From Moniliella sp. 'wahieum' (taxonomy: Eukaryota), in contig RSEE01000045.1 in the NCBI GenBank assembly GCA_003971905.1, forward strand, positions 124,001 to 188,000: a DNA stretch of 64,000 nucleotides, written 5' to 3'. The notes under the pieces are model-generated. The model searched no databases. It was not told where the DNA came from and was given only the letters and a program-made list of their open reading frames with translations. A program made the position numbers and the translations under genes. Shown in pieces: positions 50,897 through 64,000 of this stretch (the first letter of the stretch is position 1; the number at the start of each line of letters is the position of its first letter).

Positions 50897-51705
50897 TAAA
50901 GACGGTGATGCGGTGCTTTCATGTGGCTCCTTCGTATGATGTCAGATCCTGGCCTAGCAGCTGAGGAGTAGAGCTATTATCCAGGGTGGATGCTGCGCTT
51001 CGCATGTATGTGGTTTGCATGGCCCTCTGCTATCCCATTCCGTTGTAGGTTAATAAGAGCAGATGCAAGCAAGGGTGTATCGAGATCCGTTTTGGTAGGA
51101 TCCACTACGTGAGCCATGCGACCCACACTGAACATGACCGGGGCCCAAAGCGGAGGCACTGGTAGGAGGCGAGGATACAAACAAATGTAAGGGAAGTCTG
51201 ACGATGGTTAGGATGCCGATCTAGCCGTCCTGGTGCCAGGCAATCTGGTCCGCAACCCCTTCGGACTCCTCGACCAGTAACTGATTAGGTCGATTGCGGT
51301 TGGACGGCACCCTTCTCTGGCACTTGCCCACTTTGCCTCTCCCGCGTCATCTTGCGCTATCCCCCCCAATGTTGACCCGCTGCGGCTTGCAGCTGTGAGG
51401 TTGCCCGTATGGAGCCTGGAGACTTGTGTTGGGCAGGGTTGCGTACTGGCGCTGATGGCCGAGGAGGCTCACTTGTGTGGGAGTACGTAGCGTGTTCAAA
51501 CCCAACGTACCCAGCGTTGGAGCTGAAGTTGAACGTTCAGACTGGCCATTTGCGTTTATTCAGGCGCCCATTCAAGCTCCGCCCGCTTTCACGCAGCCCT
51601 TTTTTCATGTATCGCTCCATCCATCAGCTCGCGCGCGGGGCACACACTCTCCACTGCGGCGCACACACTCTCGACTTGCCCCCCTCCCACCAACACCTCC
51701 CCAGC

Positions 51706-54669
51706 ATGTCCAGCACGGACTTTTTCACCCCTCTCTCAATCCCATCGCCGCCTCCACCACACCGCCTCCACCGCCACCTCCTATCCCGACTCGTCCACCA
51801 CCACCTCCGACTCGCTCTTGCGCGCTGACCCTCCCGAAGATGAGAGTGTGCCTGCGGCAGCCAACGCAGTCGTCGTAAGGGATGCAGGTGAAGCTGAAAC
51901 TGCAAATGAGAATACGGTTGCGCTGGCTCCGCGCCAAGGATGGACCATCGAGCGCGCGCATGGGTGGGCCGACAAGGCGTCCAAAGGCCTGACCGCCGCT
52001 ACACTTACCCACCAAGCTGGGTTTATCGCTGCCAAGGCCGGGACGAGACTGGGCTGGGCATTGCGCGCTTTGCGACCAAGGCGTCGCTTACGCTGCCTGC
52101 CATGGCTGTTGATGCGGCCATGGGGACCGTTCCTGCCAATCCTTGGTCCAGCGATCCCTCCAGTCGTGGGCGGGTCTCCGTGTCGGGCGCTGCAGGGGCC
52201 AGTGTCGACGCTCTGTTCAACTTTGTGGATGCCATTACCCATGGCTCGATTGGCCTGGGGAAAGCGTGTCCGATATGGGTCTGGCGGCGACCCAACGCGG
52301 TGTGGAACAGATCAAAACCGCCTTGTCGAGCGATGTGGTGCGCTCCCTAGTCACCTTTACGCGATTGCTCAAGTGGGTACCCCCTCGCACCGCCCTGCCG
52401 CTTGTTCCCATACTCACTCTCTCCCCTACCTTGCAGATCCGAATGGAACGACACGACCGATGAGCGTCTCCCTCCTGGTGGGCTTCCCGCGTTTGACAAT
52501 GTGACCATTGCGCGGGCGCTGCTCTGTTGGATCTCTATCCAGACCGTCAACCGACCGCAAGTGGAACGTGACATTCTAGCCGAAATGACGTTGGTGCGGC
52601 AAAGCGATTTTAGCCGCTCCTCCAGCTCTAAGTCAGCGAGGAGGTGGAAACCGACATATCGGAACACGACGTGCGGGCTCTCAGTGCGGCGCACCGGGTC
52701 CAGCGGCTGGTCACGCATGCGCGCCTCATGTTAGCAGTGTACGGAGGCGCATTTATGCTCCTTCTCGACCAACATCCCGATGGGATCCGTACCCTTCCCG
52801 AACAAACCAACGAGGCCGTGTTGTTTGTTCGAGACTGCCTTACCCGTGGAAATGCAGTGTTGGGCCGGACCTACGAATTGCCACGGTTGCCCGCCGCTGC
52901 AGCCGAGGGAGAAAGCTACTACACTGACGATCCCCACCGCGACTTTTCTCACCCTTCTTCCTGGAATATGGACGGCATCCCGTACGCGCAACTCCTCCGT
53001 GGCGATTTGGACGACAGTCTGCTGCATGTAGCGGCGGGCGTGGAGGCGTCAAATGCGTACGAGGGTCGTACGATACCTTGGACAACCCCATGGTGGAAAT
53101 TGCTCCGGAAGACTTGGACCAAGAAGCTGAGCTGGATGCAACGATGGGCGCCGATGGTGTGCCGACGACAACCAGTCGTCCACGGTACTATGTTATCACC
53201 AGCGACCATAGCCGCAAGATCACCCTTGTTCTTCGTGGCACCGTCACCGCGGGCGACGTGGCGACCGACTTGACCTGTTGTGCGGTACCGGCCTCCCGCT
53301 TGGGCTCTCACCTCCCGCCCAACTCGAAAGCGCACGAGGGCGTGCTCAATACAACTTTGGCGCGTCTGCCCGGACGGCCATTGCATGCAGCGGTGTGGAA
53401 ACAGCTCCAAGCCCATCCCGACTACGACATTGAGTTGGTGGGTCACTCGCTCGGGGCAGCGGTGGTGGCGGCCCTGAGTGTTCTCTGGGGAGATCCAAGC
53501 ACGGGCAAGACGCTGCTCTCGATCGAGCGGGCAGGGCGGCACGTGGTTGCTCCCATTCCCGGCGCAACCGAGGTGGCGATCCGTACGCGCTCGATCCATG
53601 CGTTCGCCTACGCTTGCCCACCTACTTTTGATTCCGTCTTGGCCGAGTACTGCAAACCGATTGTTACGGCGTTTGTGTGCAACCACGACCTTGTGCCGCG
53701 CCTGAGCCACGAATCGGTTCTGAGCATTCGCAACGCCATTGCCTGGATCAGTTATTGGGACACGGAGGCTAACCGCCCGGCCCAACCGACATCTGTCCCT
53801 CTCACCCCGGAACCCATCGTCACTGAGCCCGACGATGCCCAGTCGTTCGATGGTTCCATTGCATCGACAGTCTCCCCTCGGTGGATAGCAAGACGGAGGA
53901 TGCTCCCACCTCGACGAGCGGAGCGACCCTGCGCTTGCCACCTGCCCCGTGGCCAACTTTAGCACCCTGACCCTCCTGCGCCAAACGTTGGAGCACCAAA
54001 GCGGCCGTCTTGGTGGCCCCCTTACCAAGGCACGAGTGGAATTTGAAAAGTCAACACGCGCCCTCTACAATGCGCTGCGCACCAAGGCCCCCGTTCCTCA
54101 ACTCGTCATTCCCGGCCGCGTGTTTGCCGCGTACGATCGAAACGCGCTGCTTATCCCGCCCGACAGCTTTGCTGCCTCGCCCGCCGAAACCGTGCCGGCC
54201 ACATCCGCCACCTCGGCCGCGTCCGCCACCCCGCCCCCTTCGGTGCAGGCTCGCATCTACGAAGTGACAGGCAATCGTTCCAACGCGTTTGGTCAAATCC
54301 TCTTTGGCTCGGGCATGCTCGAAGCCCACTTTCCTCGGGTGTATGCACGTGTGCTGACGCAGCTGTTGGACGTGACGCGTCCTGCTTCCCCTCCCCTTCC
54401 GCCTCCGCTTCCGCCTCAGCTTCGGCTGCGGCTCTTCATCCCCCTCCTTGGACCCTGCCCACGCCACGACGACACCGGCCTCTGCCGCTGCTACAGCGCC
54501 AGAGCCCGACCTCTCCTCGGCCCTGGAAACCGCGACGGCACTGGCTGCTGCCGGTGCCGCCCAGGCCGATTTGGAAAGGGAACGGGAACGGGACGCGAGT
54601 CCCGAGGACCAGTTCCATGATGCTGTGGCCGTGCTGGATTCCGAGGTGACGGTAAGCGGACTGGCGTGA
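51706..54669 (+). CDS. Class-3 lipase (diacylglycerol-lipase-like alpha/beta hydrolase)
   Basis: YYVITSDHSRKITLVLRGT..DVATDL, AHEGV, LVGHSLGAAV (GxSxG), FVCNHDLVPRLS, MLEAHFP. Intron ~52377-52436. Confidence 0.85.
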
Positions 54670-55715
54670 AGAGTGAAGGTTCAAGGTTTATGTTCATGGT
54701 TGAACCAACGTTGAACGGTTTGATTGTCCTTTGAAGTTGAAGCTTGGCTAGGGGCTTGGCTCCCATTTTGCTTGTTTGTTGTTGTTTGTTTTATTGGGGA
54801 CAGAATCGCACGCCATTGCCCTGTTCCCCATGCTGCTCTGCTGGTTTGATACCTCCCTTTTTTGATCCAATACCTCACCCTCTTTTTGTGACGTGTGACG
54901 ATGGAAATGATGTGCATGATGCACTGGCTGGCGACGACCTGTTGGCTCGAGTCTGATCCTTATAAGACTCCATAGGGTACAGGGTACAGAAGAAAGCTGG
55001 GACAAAAACAGAAGTACACTTTGCGCGCGTTCAACAGAAAGGTGAGACGTACGGGGCAAGGCCACTCATATAATCGTCGCAGTCTTGGCCTGGGGAGAGG
55101 CTGGACGGCGTTGTGGAGGTTGTCGCTGCTCAGGTTGGCCTCGGCATAGTGCTTGAGCACACAGAGGCTGTTTTATTGAGCGGCGGCGCCAGCACGTGGC
55201 TCGTCTTTTTCTGTGGGAGGGGGGGAAAGCACTTCTGCTTGGCGTTGGCGGCGAGGTTGGGCTTGAGATCGAAGGTCTGGTTGCGCTGGATGACAACCAA
55301 ATAAGCCACGATGATGGGGATGGTGATGGGCATGGTTAGAATGGGGCGCTCAATGAACGTATTCTCAAGAGGGATATTCGGACGCGATCGACTTGCACAG
55401 CCCGAAGATCTCAAGACCAGCAACACAACCAACACCTGGTCCTGAAATGTTCAACGGTGCGTTGCTATAACTCCCCTGTGGCAACCAGCAACCACGCAAC
55501 CCCCCCTAGAGACACCCCTTCACTCCATGCTGGCATCTACGGCTGTCTAACCTTCGTCCCATAGTCCTACCTTTGCCTGGTCTACAGCAAAAGTCGATGT
55601 CGAGGCAGAGAAGAACGGGCGTGATTGGGGGGTGGCGTAAGATGCAAGTGCGAATGAAAGGTCGTAAGACAGGGACTGGTCCAAACAAAAACACCAACCA
55701 GGAGGCGCAGGCAAG

Positions 55716-58603
55716 TCAAAGGCCGTAGCGAGAAGCGAGCCGCTCGGCAATCAGGGGTGGGTACTGCTGCTTGCTGGCCTCCCAGTCAGCGGGACCAATC
55801 ATCTGTTTGAATCCGTTGAGTATCTGGAGAGAGGCAAGACAAGCAAAGTCAGTCGTCCGATCCTAGTACGCATCACTCAGGAAGACCAAAAACAAAACAA
55901 CCGCGCGGGAAGGAGAAATACGCACCTGATGAAGTGGTCGTTAAGTTCCGTGCTGGGCGTTTGCCAACGCACAACGGCCATGCAAAAGTAGCCAAAAGAC
56001 TTGGAGATGGCATTGGGATTGAGCTCGACCATACGGCAAAAGCCACGGAAGGCCGAGTCCTTCTCTTCATTGTCCCGAATATCCCATAACGAGGTGCACC
56101 ATGCTTGGGCAAACATCTCGAGATGTGGCGCCACCACTTGGGGCGCCACTAAGCCCAACCGACCCAGCGTGACCGCCGCATTCTCTGTGAGAGACTTGCT
56201 GGTCCGGCCGAGCAGAAGCGGGACAAGTCGCTGGACCAGAGGTAGGATCCACGGCTTCAGCTTGTCCTCGCCCAGTTGAAGTGCGATTTCGCCTACGGCC
56301 CAGACGGCATTGTTGCACACTTGAACCGTCTCTTCTTGCGACGCCAGCTCGATTTGCCGCACCATCTCGGGCAAAATGTAGGGGAGGAAGGGCGCCAGCT
56401 GGGGGAAGGCAAAGATGGCCAGGTCACCCAACAGCGCATATGCAGATTGACGAACATTGCTTTCAGCCACCTGGAGACACTGCACTAGCAGCGGCATCAG
56501 GTTGTGTGATGGGTCTCCTACCAAGGGCTGCGCTTGCGCCTGCAGGCCTTGCAACAGACCCGACAACAGGTCGAGCGACGTGACGACCAAGTCGCGCTCA
56601 TCCCATTCCAGCTCCAGCTCCGCTCCCTCGTACCTCTGCAGCACGTCCGCCACCATTCACACAGCGAGCGTAGACGGTAGGAGCGTACTGGCCAAAGCCC
56701 GTGCCGGACGCGATCGCCACCGACGACAAGCATTCCAGCAGGGGGATCAAGTCCAAGTCGTCGTCATCCAGTTGGGAATAGCGGTCCATCAAGACAGGCA
56801 AGAATGTCTGCAGATGCTCGGCACGGTTCATCTCGGCACCGACCGCATCGGCCAGGACGCAGATGGCGTCATATAGGACCAACAGGTTCTTCTGTTGGTA
56901 CGTGCGAAAGGCTTGGGCCAAGGTGTGCAGGACGGGTTCGAGGTAAGGGACGATGGCTTGGCCTGCTTCCTCCACAAGGGTGGCAAAGGCACTGCAGCCA
57001 GCTTCTTGCACCCTCTTGACATTGTCCAGAGTCCGGCCCAGTAAGCCTTCCAACACGGGCGCAAAATACGCGGCTAAATGCTCGGGCGAAGCATCGATGA
57101 CATACCACCGCGAGTACCGGCCAAGGGTCCAACAGGTAATGGAGCGGACCAACGACTTGCTGTCAGAAAGGGTAGTGAGGAGGAGTGGGACGAGGGCAGC
57201 AAGGTGCGGGACCATCCCGCCGAAAGCGCCTTCGGCCACCGCGCCCAGTGCCAGCAACGCCACTTCCCTCTGCAGCCAGTCTTCACTAAACAGGCGTTCT
57301 TTCAACAGTGGTAAAAGCGGTTCCAACAACGATTCTCCAAATCGGCCCGCCAAAACGTCCAAGGTGGCCGCGCTGCATTTGCGCAGGTTCCACCGCTGGG
57401 CTTCTTCTTCGTCGAGATCCTCCAGATCATCTTCGTCCCATTCGTCGTCGTCGTCGTCGTCATCGTCATCGGCGTCATTAGCAAAGCGCGCATCGATGGC
57501 TGCGCGAGAGCGCGCTTGCGTTGTCGTGGTTGGCTCCACATGCTCGTTCGTGTGGGCCGTACTACGAAGAAGTCGGGGAGCAATGTCCTCTGGACGATCG
57601 GGGACCGTCGCGTCGTCCTCGGCGGATCCGAGCAGTTGCTGGTCTTCTTCCGAATAGACCATGCCATCCAACATGCTCCGTACCAGCTTGCCCAGGTAAG
57701 GTTGCAGGCGGGGCACGAGCGTTTCCTCTTCGGCAAACTCGAGCCAAAACTCGGCCGCTTCCAGGCTCACCGCCTCGTCCTTCTCCCGCATCGAGTACAT
57801 CATATAGTCTACCACACCATCCAGATGCGGTTCGAGCTTGTCGAATCGGGTACGCAAGAGAATGGAGAAGGCCTTGCACACTTCCTTGCGGACAAAGGGG
57901 TCTTCGTCGGTGGCCAAGACAAAGAGCGCGCTGATAAAGGGGTCCAAATGGGATTGAAACGTCAAGGAGGGTAGGTCGGCCATGCGATTGAGCGAGGTGA
58001 GCGCAGGGACACGCACCCTCTTCTCGGTGTAGGTGGCGGACTGGATCCATCCGGGAATAAGCACTTCAATGGGCTTGTTGCCATTGATGACCAAGCTTTC
58101 GAGGGCGGGAGCAATGTCTTCGGTCAGGCTGGCAAACACCTTGAACGCAGCTTCCATCTGGTCTGGGTTGTCGCTGTTCATGAGCTGGATGAGCTGGGCA
58201 ATGCCGTCGGGCCAGGTATCGAGGCCAAGTTCGAGGAGCGAGGTGAGGACCGCGCGGCTGAACGGCGGGCCATGTCAGAGGGGGAGGCGAGGAGGGGAAA
58301 GACGGCGGCACGGACATAGCTCAGGACAGGGTCGGGGATGGCGTCGTAGTGTTGGTTGAGGTGGTTCTTGAGCATGATGCCGGCGATCGCCGAGGCGGCC
58401 GAGCCGGCGGGCTGGGCATTGGCAAAGGCGTACATGAGGTAGGCGGCATAGTCGGGCACGTTGGCCTGGAGACGGGCCACGTCGGCGTGGACACGCTGCT
58501 GCGCCTCACTGTCGGGAGAGAGGGTGGCGTCGAGGAGACGGACGAAGCCGCTGTAGACGGCAGCGTCGGGCACCCATCCAGCGTCGGCAGCGGGTGCAGC
58601 CAT
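55716..58603 (-). CDS. KAP104: Transportin-1 / importin beta-2
   Basis: HEAT repeats, AAEFWL, acidic H8 loop then WNLRKCSAATLDVLA, KRVQEAGCSAFATL, YQQKNLLVLYDAI, NNAVWAVGEIA, ENAAVTLGRLG, DNEEKDSAFRGFC. Terminal intron ~55824-55925. Confidence 0.96.
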
Positions 58604-59009
58604 CGGCGGGGGAGAGGATGGGGGTGGGGTGGTGTGGGGGGGGGGGGGGGGTGCGCGGCTTGGCGTTTCAAGCGGCGGCGGCCTTCTCGGGGCGGAGGTG
58701 TGCTGTGTGGGAGCGGCAACCCTACCTGAGCGTTGGGGTTGATGTTGCGAGCGAGGAGGCGTTTGATTAGACGCTGGATGGATGCTCGCAGATGCGACAC
58801 CCGCTGCATTTCAATTTCAACTGCGGCGCCATGTCTTACCTCAGCCGCTGCTCCACCCGCCGGCAGTGCGAACTGCCTCAGCAGCACACGTGACGCATGG
58901 GCGCTGCTCTGGGTCTGGGACAATAGGGCCATTGCATCCCCCCAAACCACGGGTGCCCCTGCATGCTGGCGCTTCCGCTGCGCACTCTTCCCCTTGCAGC
59001 CCACCCACC

Positions 59010-60233
59010 ATGCCCCCTCCCAGCAGCACCTCCGCAGCGCCTCGTCCCCCCCACTGCCGACACCGCCGACACCACCGCCGCCTCCGTGCCAGAGCCCTCC
59101 ACAAACCCCCTCCTCTGCTCCTTCGCCCAGCTGCCCGCCCGGCCCAAGAAAACGCCTTCATCCGCCGCGGCCACCGCCGCCCTGGCCCCGACCCAGGCAA
59201 GGCTCCTCCCAGCCCGACGACCACGGCTCGGTTGCCAAGTGTGTTCGCTCCATCTATGCCTACTGGCACAATGAGACGGTCAACATCCACACCATCTCTG
59301 GGGCGCCGTCGTCATCATCACCCTCGTCCTCCTCCACTTCTGCGGCTTCCATCACCACATCCTCTCTGAGGCTTTCGACATGGGGCCAGATGCCGATGCG
59401 GCCCGTCTGGCAGCCGTGGCAGCCGCCATGAGCCAGACCGAAGTTCGTCTGCCCCTCCGCGTCCTGCTCCGCGCCCCCAGCCCCACACGCGACATGCCCC
59501 CGCGCCCCCCTCGCTGAGCGACAAGCTTGCCTTCACCTCCTTTTACGTCGGCGCCTTCATTTGTCTTGGCTTTAGCGCTACCTTCCATACACTCACCGCA
59601 CACTCGCACCGCGTCTCTAAACTCAGCAACCGCCTCGACTACATCGGCATTGTCTGCATGATTGTAGGCTCTTACCTGCCTGCATTGCACTACGGCTTCC
59701 ACTGCCACCCCAACCTGGAACTGCTCTATGGCGGCAGCGTCTCCCTCCTGGGCGCTGTCGCAATCTACCTCGTTGCCCAAGAACGTTACACCACTTTGGA
59801 GTACCGCACCTTGCGCACCAACATTTTCCTTGCGCTCGGCCTCAGCGCGGTGGTGCCCACTGCCCACCTCATGTCCATGTACGGCGTAGCGACGGTGTCA
59901 CATACGATGGGCATGTACCACATCATGCTTTCCGGCGCGCTCTACGTCGTGGGCGCCTTGACGTACCTTGTGCGCTTCCCCGAACGTGTCTGGCCAGGCC
60001 GGTTCGATTACATTGGTGCATCCCACCAGCTCTTTCACATTGCCATCCTGCTCGCCGCCTTGGCCCATTACGTTGCTCTCCGCCGTGGCTACACGTTTTG
60101 GCATACCGTTCAAGTCGGCCTCTTGGGCGACGGGCCCAAGCACTCGACTTGCCCATCAAAGAGGGCGATGAGGCCACAGTGCACGCCGTCTGTCAGACGT
60201 TGGAACGGTGGCGGCGCATGTGACCTGGACTGA
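59010..60233 (+). CDS. PAQR / hemolysin-III family membrane protein (Izh/adiponectin-receptor-like)
   Basis: WHNETVNIHT, FSATFHT..HS, RLDYIGI, RFPERVWPGRFDYIGASHQLFH. Confidence 0.93.
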
Positions 60234-60680
60234 ACCTGGACATGGACCTGGACATGGACCTGGACGTGCGAAGCAAGCTGCGCTCCCTTCCTGTTCCATC
60301 GAAATTGAACTGCTTCATTGCTCCCCTCCATCTCATTGCAGCGCAGCAATGTAAGGTAGTAGGGGGGATGAGTGGGGATGAGTGTGATAAAAAAAAGTGG
60401 GAAAGAGGGAAGGGGGGGGAGAGGGGTAGATGGTAGAAGCAGAAAAAAAGAATGGACGGGTAGATGAGAAGTTCAAGCAGGGGTATCACGGTGCCCATGC
60501 ACCAAGACATCCTCTGGCGACAGGGGTTGCACACTGGGCAGTTGATCCAACTGGGGCGGGTGCTGGTGCCGTGCCTGTGCTTGTGCCGGCACGGCGCCCA
60601 CTAAAGCCAAGGCCAGCAGACCCACCTTGCACCCGTCGTCCCCTCGGCTTGCCCGACGGCACAACAACGAGCCAGCCAAG

Positions 60681-62226
60681 TCAGACCCCGTCGTACCAAA
60701 GTCCACCAGCCCCCAAATTCCAAGTCCCGGCATCAACGACCGAGGGCAGCGACCTGGTCGCCCCGCACTCCTCGTGCTTTCGCCCGACGATGTCATTCTC
60801 CGTTGCCCCCCTGGCGGCACGGGACTGCCCCCATCAAGTGGCTCAATCGGTATGGTATCTTCCTCCTTCACCTGACCCGAGAAGGGAGCCGCGGGCTCGA
60901 CCACCTGAGCAGGCGGCGGAGGTTGAGGTTGCTCCGTAGCACCCGTGGAAGCCGCTGCTTTGTCCTCGGGAGAAGGCGAGTCGTGGACCGATGGGGTACG
61001 TGTCGCCTCGGCCCCCACCGACACGCCCGCCTCCGTCTCCTGTTCCTCTGTTTTCGAAGGTGAGTCAGGCAGGGAAGCGGATGGCCCCGAGGCGTTGGAA
61101 GCGGGGGCGGTAGCTGGCTTCAAGCTGGCTGGCACCAAGGACGCCCGAGGTTGTGGGACGCGGGGAGGGGTAGGGTGGTAGTTGGCATCGGGCCGGATGG
61201 GGTGCAGGTGGATCAGGGGTGGTGGCAGGTGTGGATGCCGGGATGGAAGGCGAGGAAGCCAACGGCGCGCGAGACAACGCGAGCGACGACCTTCCATGCC
61301 ACGCTTTGCCCGGGTGCAACACCGAGTACAAGTGGTGGAGCGCCTTCGGGCGTAGGGATCGGCCGCCGTCGCCGTCGCCGTCGCCGTCGTCGACGACGCT
61401 GAGGTGGGCGACGGTCGGGAACGATGACGCAGTTGGTCAACCAGCCCATCGAAGAGATTGCAGACGGTGCCAGAACACGCACCGAGCCAAGGACAGGTGG
61501 TGGTGAGGCCTGAGCCTGAGGAAAGGTTGGCTGTTAACATGTCAACCACGCCTCGGACTGAGCACGCACATCTACTGACTAACTCCATTGCAACTCTCCC
61601 CACCCGAGTAACCCTGTAACACAGTCCTGACGCGCCTGACGTGACGGCTGACGCTCCGGCCTACGCTGAGTGCTCACGCTGAGGCTGAGCCAAGCAAGCG
61701 TGCGCGATTGGCCAATGGGGGGCAGAAGGGGGGCAGATCCGAGCAAATCCCACAGCACGCTCCGCACAGCCCACCTCTGTCGGCCCCACGAGAGGCCCCA
61801 GACCAGGGCCCCCAAGTGGAGCTGTTGCGGTGGGTCCAGCATGGGGTCCGTGGAGTGGCCCAACCCTACTGCCCGTGTCACGTCGTTGTGACAGTACCCA
61901 GGCCCAAGAAGAGGAGGCCTTGAAGCTTGAGCTTCTTAGCGCCCCTGCAACACCTGGTCATATGTAGCGTAACCGGTAAGGTCTAAGGTGGCTTGTTTCG
62001 GCAAGCGCGGGTGTGGCCTGTGTGCATGTGGGCGCTGGGGTGGGAGGCATTGGATTGATATGGATATGTGACGGGGTACTGCTCGCGATCCTGACGGCTC
62101 CGCAGGCCACACCACCAGTAATATACTGATGCTGCTGGCGCTGTTGATGATCAGCCCAGTGGTTTGTGTTGGAGGGGGGATGGGCAGCGGGAACTGACCT
62201 GAGGCAACTGTGGTAAATGAGTCCAT
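60681..62226 (-). CDS. Uncharacterised multi-exon gene
   Basis: Two canonical minus-strand introns (~62141-62198 GTCAGT..GCTGAT..CAG; ~61531-61583 GTTAGT..TTGAC..CAG) and protein-like fragments (KALHHLYSVLHPGKAWHG; ENDIVGRKHEECGATRSLPSVVDAGTWNLGAGGLWYDGV*). Family not recognised. Confidence 0.45.
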
Positions 62227-63261
62227 GGGGTGAATGATTCACGCGCCACGGTGTACCTGGCATTGGGACGGTTGTGTGGGCCGGATGATCGATTGTCTCG
62301 ATCATCTGTCAGCAGAAGCCGATGCACTATGGCTCGCGCCTCCTTCTCCTTGCGGCGGATATAGTGGAGAGCCCAAAATGGTTGAACGAAATGCTGGTGG
62401 GGTTGTTGGATGGCTAGCCACTGGTCACTCCAGAGCGACAAGCAGACGACAGGCCTCTCCCATCTTCCCCTTCGAAGTTGAGGCGTTCGAGTGCGAGTAG
62501 GTGCCGGGGGCCGGTCCGTACTGAGTGTGGTCTGATTTCTGTCTGATTCGGCTGGCATGCTGACATGCATTTGACAGTCACTAGTCAGGTGACAGGCGGT
62601 GACATGTGACACACGTGTGGCACATGTGATATCAAGTAAGTAGCCACTAGTAGTAACCGGCTACCGTAACCATCAACATTAGCGTCCCGTGTGGCAATAC
62701 GTGGCCGGTATAACCGGTAGCCATTAAACGTTACGCGCTAACCCAGCAGCCCCGAGCAGCTCCAATCGCTTGTTCCCCGCTTCTTCCGAAGTTCACATCG
62801 TTCAGAGGAGACGGCAGCGACGGAGCTCAATGTGGCCACACTGGTTCTTTGTTTGGTGTCCCTCGGTTGGACCGGGCAAGCGGAGTTGGGCATGGCGGCC
62901 CCCTGGCACATGAATCATTTCGAAACAGGCCTGGTTGCCCCGCCTACCAACGGAAACAGATGAGGGCTAGAGATAACTCGAACCCTCCGCCCTGTCCCGG
63001 ATAAGGACCGAGGGCATGCTTGCCCCCATCGTTTCGCTCGACAGCGTGTGGCAGGGTGTGGCCTGAGCGAGGGCCCGGGCAGGGAAGAGGAGGGGCGAGG
63101 CTCGGTCCCGAGGAGCAGCCAACGGAGCAAGCAAATCGCCGGGCGGAATGGATGGTTCCGCCGCCTTCAACGTTCAATGTTCAACGTTCAACCCATCCGG
63201 CCGGCCTTTTGTTCCAACCGAATTGTTCTGTTTCCCAACGACCCAGTCGCTTGCCCCCACC

Positions 63262-64000
63262 ATGATGGGACCTGCTGGATTTACGCGTCTCTTTGTCGGC
63301 CATCTCGCCCGACGTGCGCGTTCGCGATCTCGAGGACGAGCGGGCGCTATGGGGTACGTCGATCGCTTGCTCGCTTCTGTACTGCACTAACACGTCCCCT
63401 CGTCCTAATCAGCGCCTGGTTGATGTGCGCATCATGGGCCACGGCAACTTTGCCTTTGTCGAGTTTGACGACCCTCGCGACGCTGACGATGCCTCCCGCG
63501 TACGTCCCCTCCCCCCTTGTGCTGCAGCAGGAGCTCTTCGTAACCTACTCCTAACCACTGCCTCGTCCCCCTTCCCAGGACTTGCACGGCCGCATGTTTA
63601 TGGGCGACCGTCTGATTGTCGAGCCCGCCAAGCGCCCGCCTGGCCCGGCCGGGCCCGGCCGTGGGCCGCGCGGTGGCCCCCGTCGCCCCAGGTTCCGTCT
63701 GTTCGTGAGCAACCTGCCCCCCGGCACGTCATGGCAGGACGTCAAGGATCTGGGACGCAAGTACGGCCATGTTCAGTTTGCCGACATTGATCCCTACCGC
63801 CGTGACGAGGGAATGTTGGAGTTTGAAACTCCGAAGACCTAGAGGCAGCGTTGCGCATCGACGGCATGGTGCTCCGCGGTAACACGCTCCGTGCCGAGCC
63901 GGAAGACCCCTCGTTCCTGCCGCCTCCCACGCGCCGCTCGCACTCGCCACGCCGCTCGAGGTCCCCCCTGCCACGAGATGGCAGGGAGCCTTCCCCCCAC
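63262..64000 (+). CDS. SR-family splicing factor with RRM + pseudo-RRM (Srp2/SRSF4-6-like); runs off the right edge
   Basis: TRLFVGHL, NFAFVEFDDPRDADDA, RLIVEPAK, RLFVSNLPPGTSWQDVKD (SWQDLKD-type motif), RS-rich tail. Introns ~63354-63412 and ~63500-63578. Confidence 0.92.

Noticed and set aside
51187..51550. RNase P RNA (GGGAAGTCTGA like CR-I pairing with TCAGACT)
   Set aside because: The 3' partner lacks the AC-NN-RA of CR-V, no P1-P3 arrangement fits, and TGA-ACGT-TCA there is an instance of the heptamer motif.
54960..55435. Small minus-strand ORF fragments downstream of KAP104
   Set aside because: Possibly coding, but no family recognised and no clear start or splice structure.
61260..61345. 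Zn2Cys6 cluster (TCTRCCTRAKRG...RC)
   Set aside because: Cys spacing is incomplete, and another frame (KALHHLYSVLHPGKAW) looks more like the real protein.
62100..62226. Basidiomycete pheromone precursor (starts MDSFT)
   Set aside because: No CaaX terminus in the spliced or unspliced reading, and no receptor gene in the window.

Overview
GC-rich fungal nuclear DNA, most likely a basidiomycete (short GT-AG introns with CTRAY-like branch points and fungal-type genes). The sequence is full of 1-bp indels typical of an unpolished long-read assembly, so most genes appear frameshifted and their ends are approximate. Recognisable genes, left to right: PDR/SNQ2-type ABC transporter (5' part only), Pex24/Pex23-family peroxin, Pmp3-family proteolipid, PX-associated (PXB/DUF3818) protein, NADP-dependent zinc alcohol dehydrogenase (3 copies), ValRS, a DUF4504-like ORF, Psy2/PP4R3, HVA22/REEP protein, Pep4 protease, Dcg1-like racemase, class-3 lipase, transportin Kap104, a PAQR/Izh protein, an unidentified spliced gene and an SR splicing factor. 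Structural features: (i) a non-autonomous three-LTR tandem retroelement with a 5-bp target-site duplication (TSD) upstream of the ABC transporter; (ii) an orphan tRNA 3' end carrying CCA; (iii) a TA-rich tract of probable transposon relics; (iv) a 3 x ~5.15-kb tandem amplification with identical microhomology junctions that multiplies the ADH gene. The most unusual signal is a 7-bp pattern in the intergenic DNA: dozens of arrays built as (T-N-A + 4 bp)n. The 4-bp filler is usually a palindrome and varies between and within arrays while the 7-bp register is kept.
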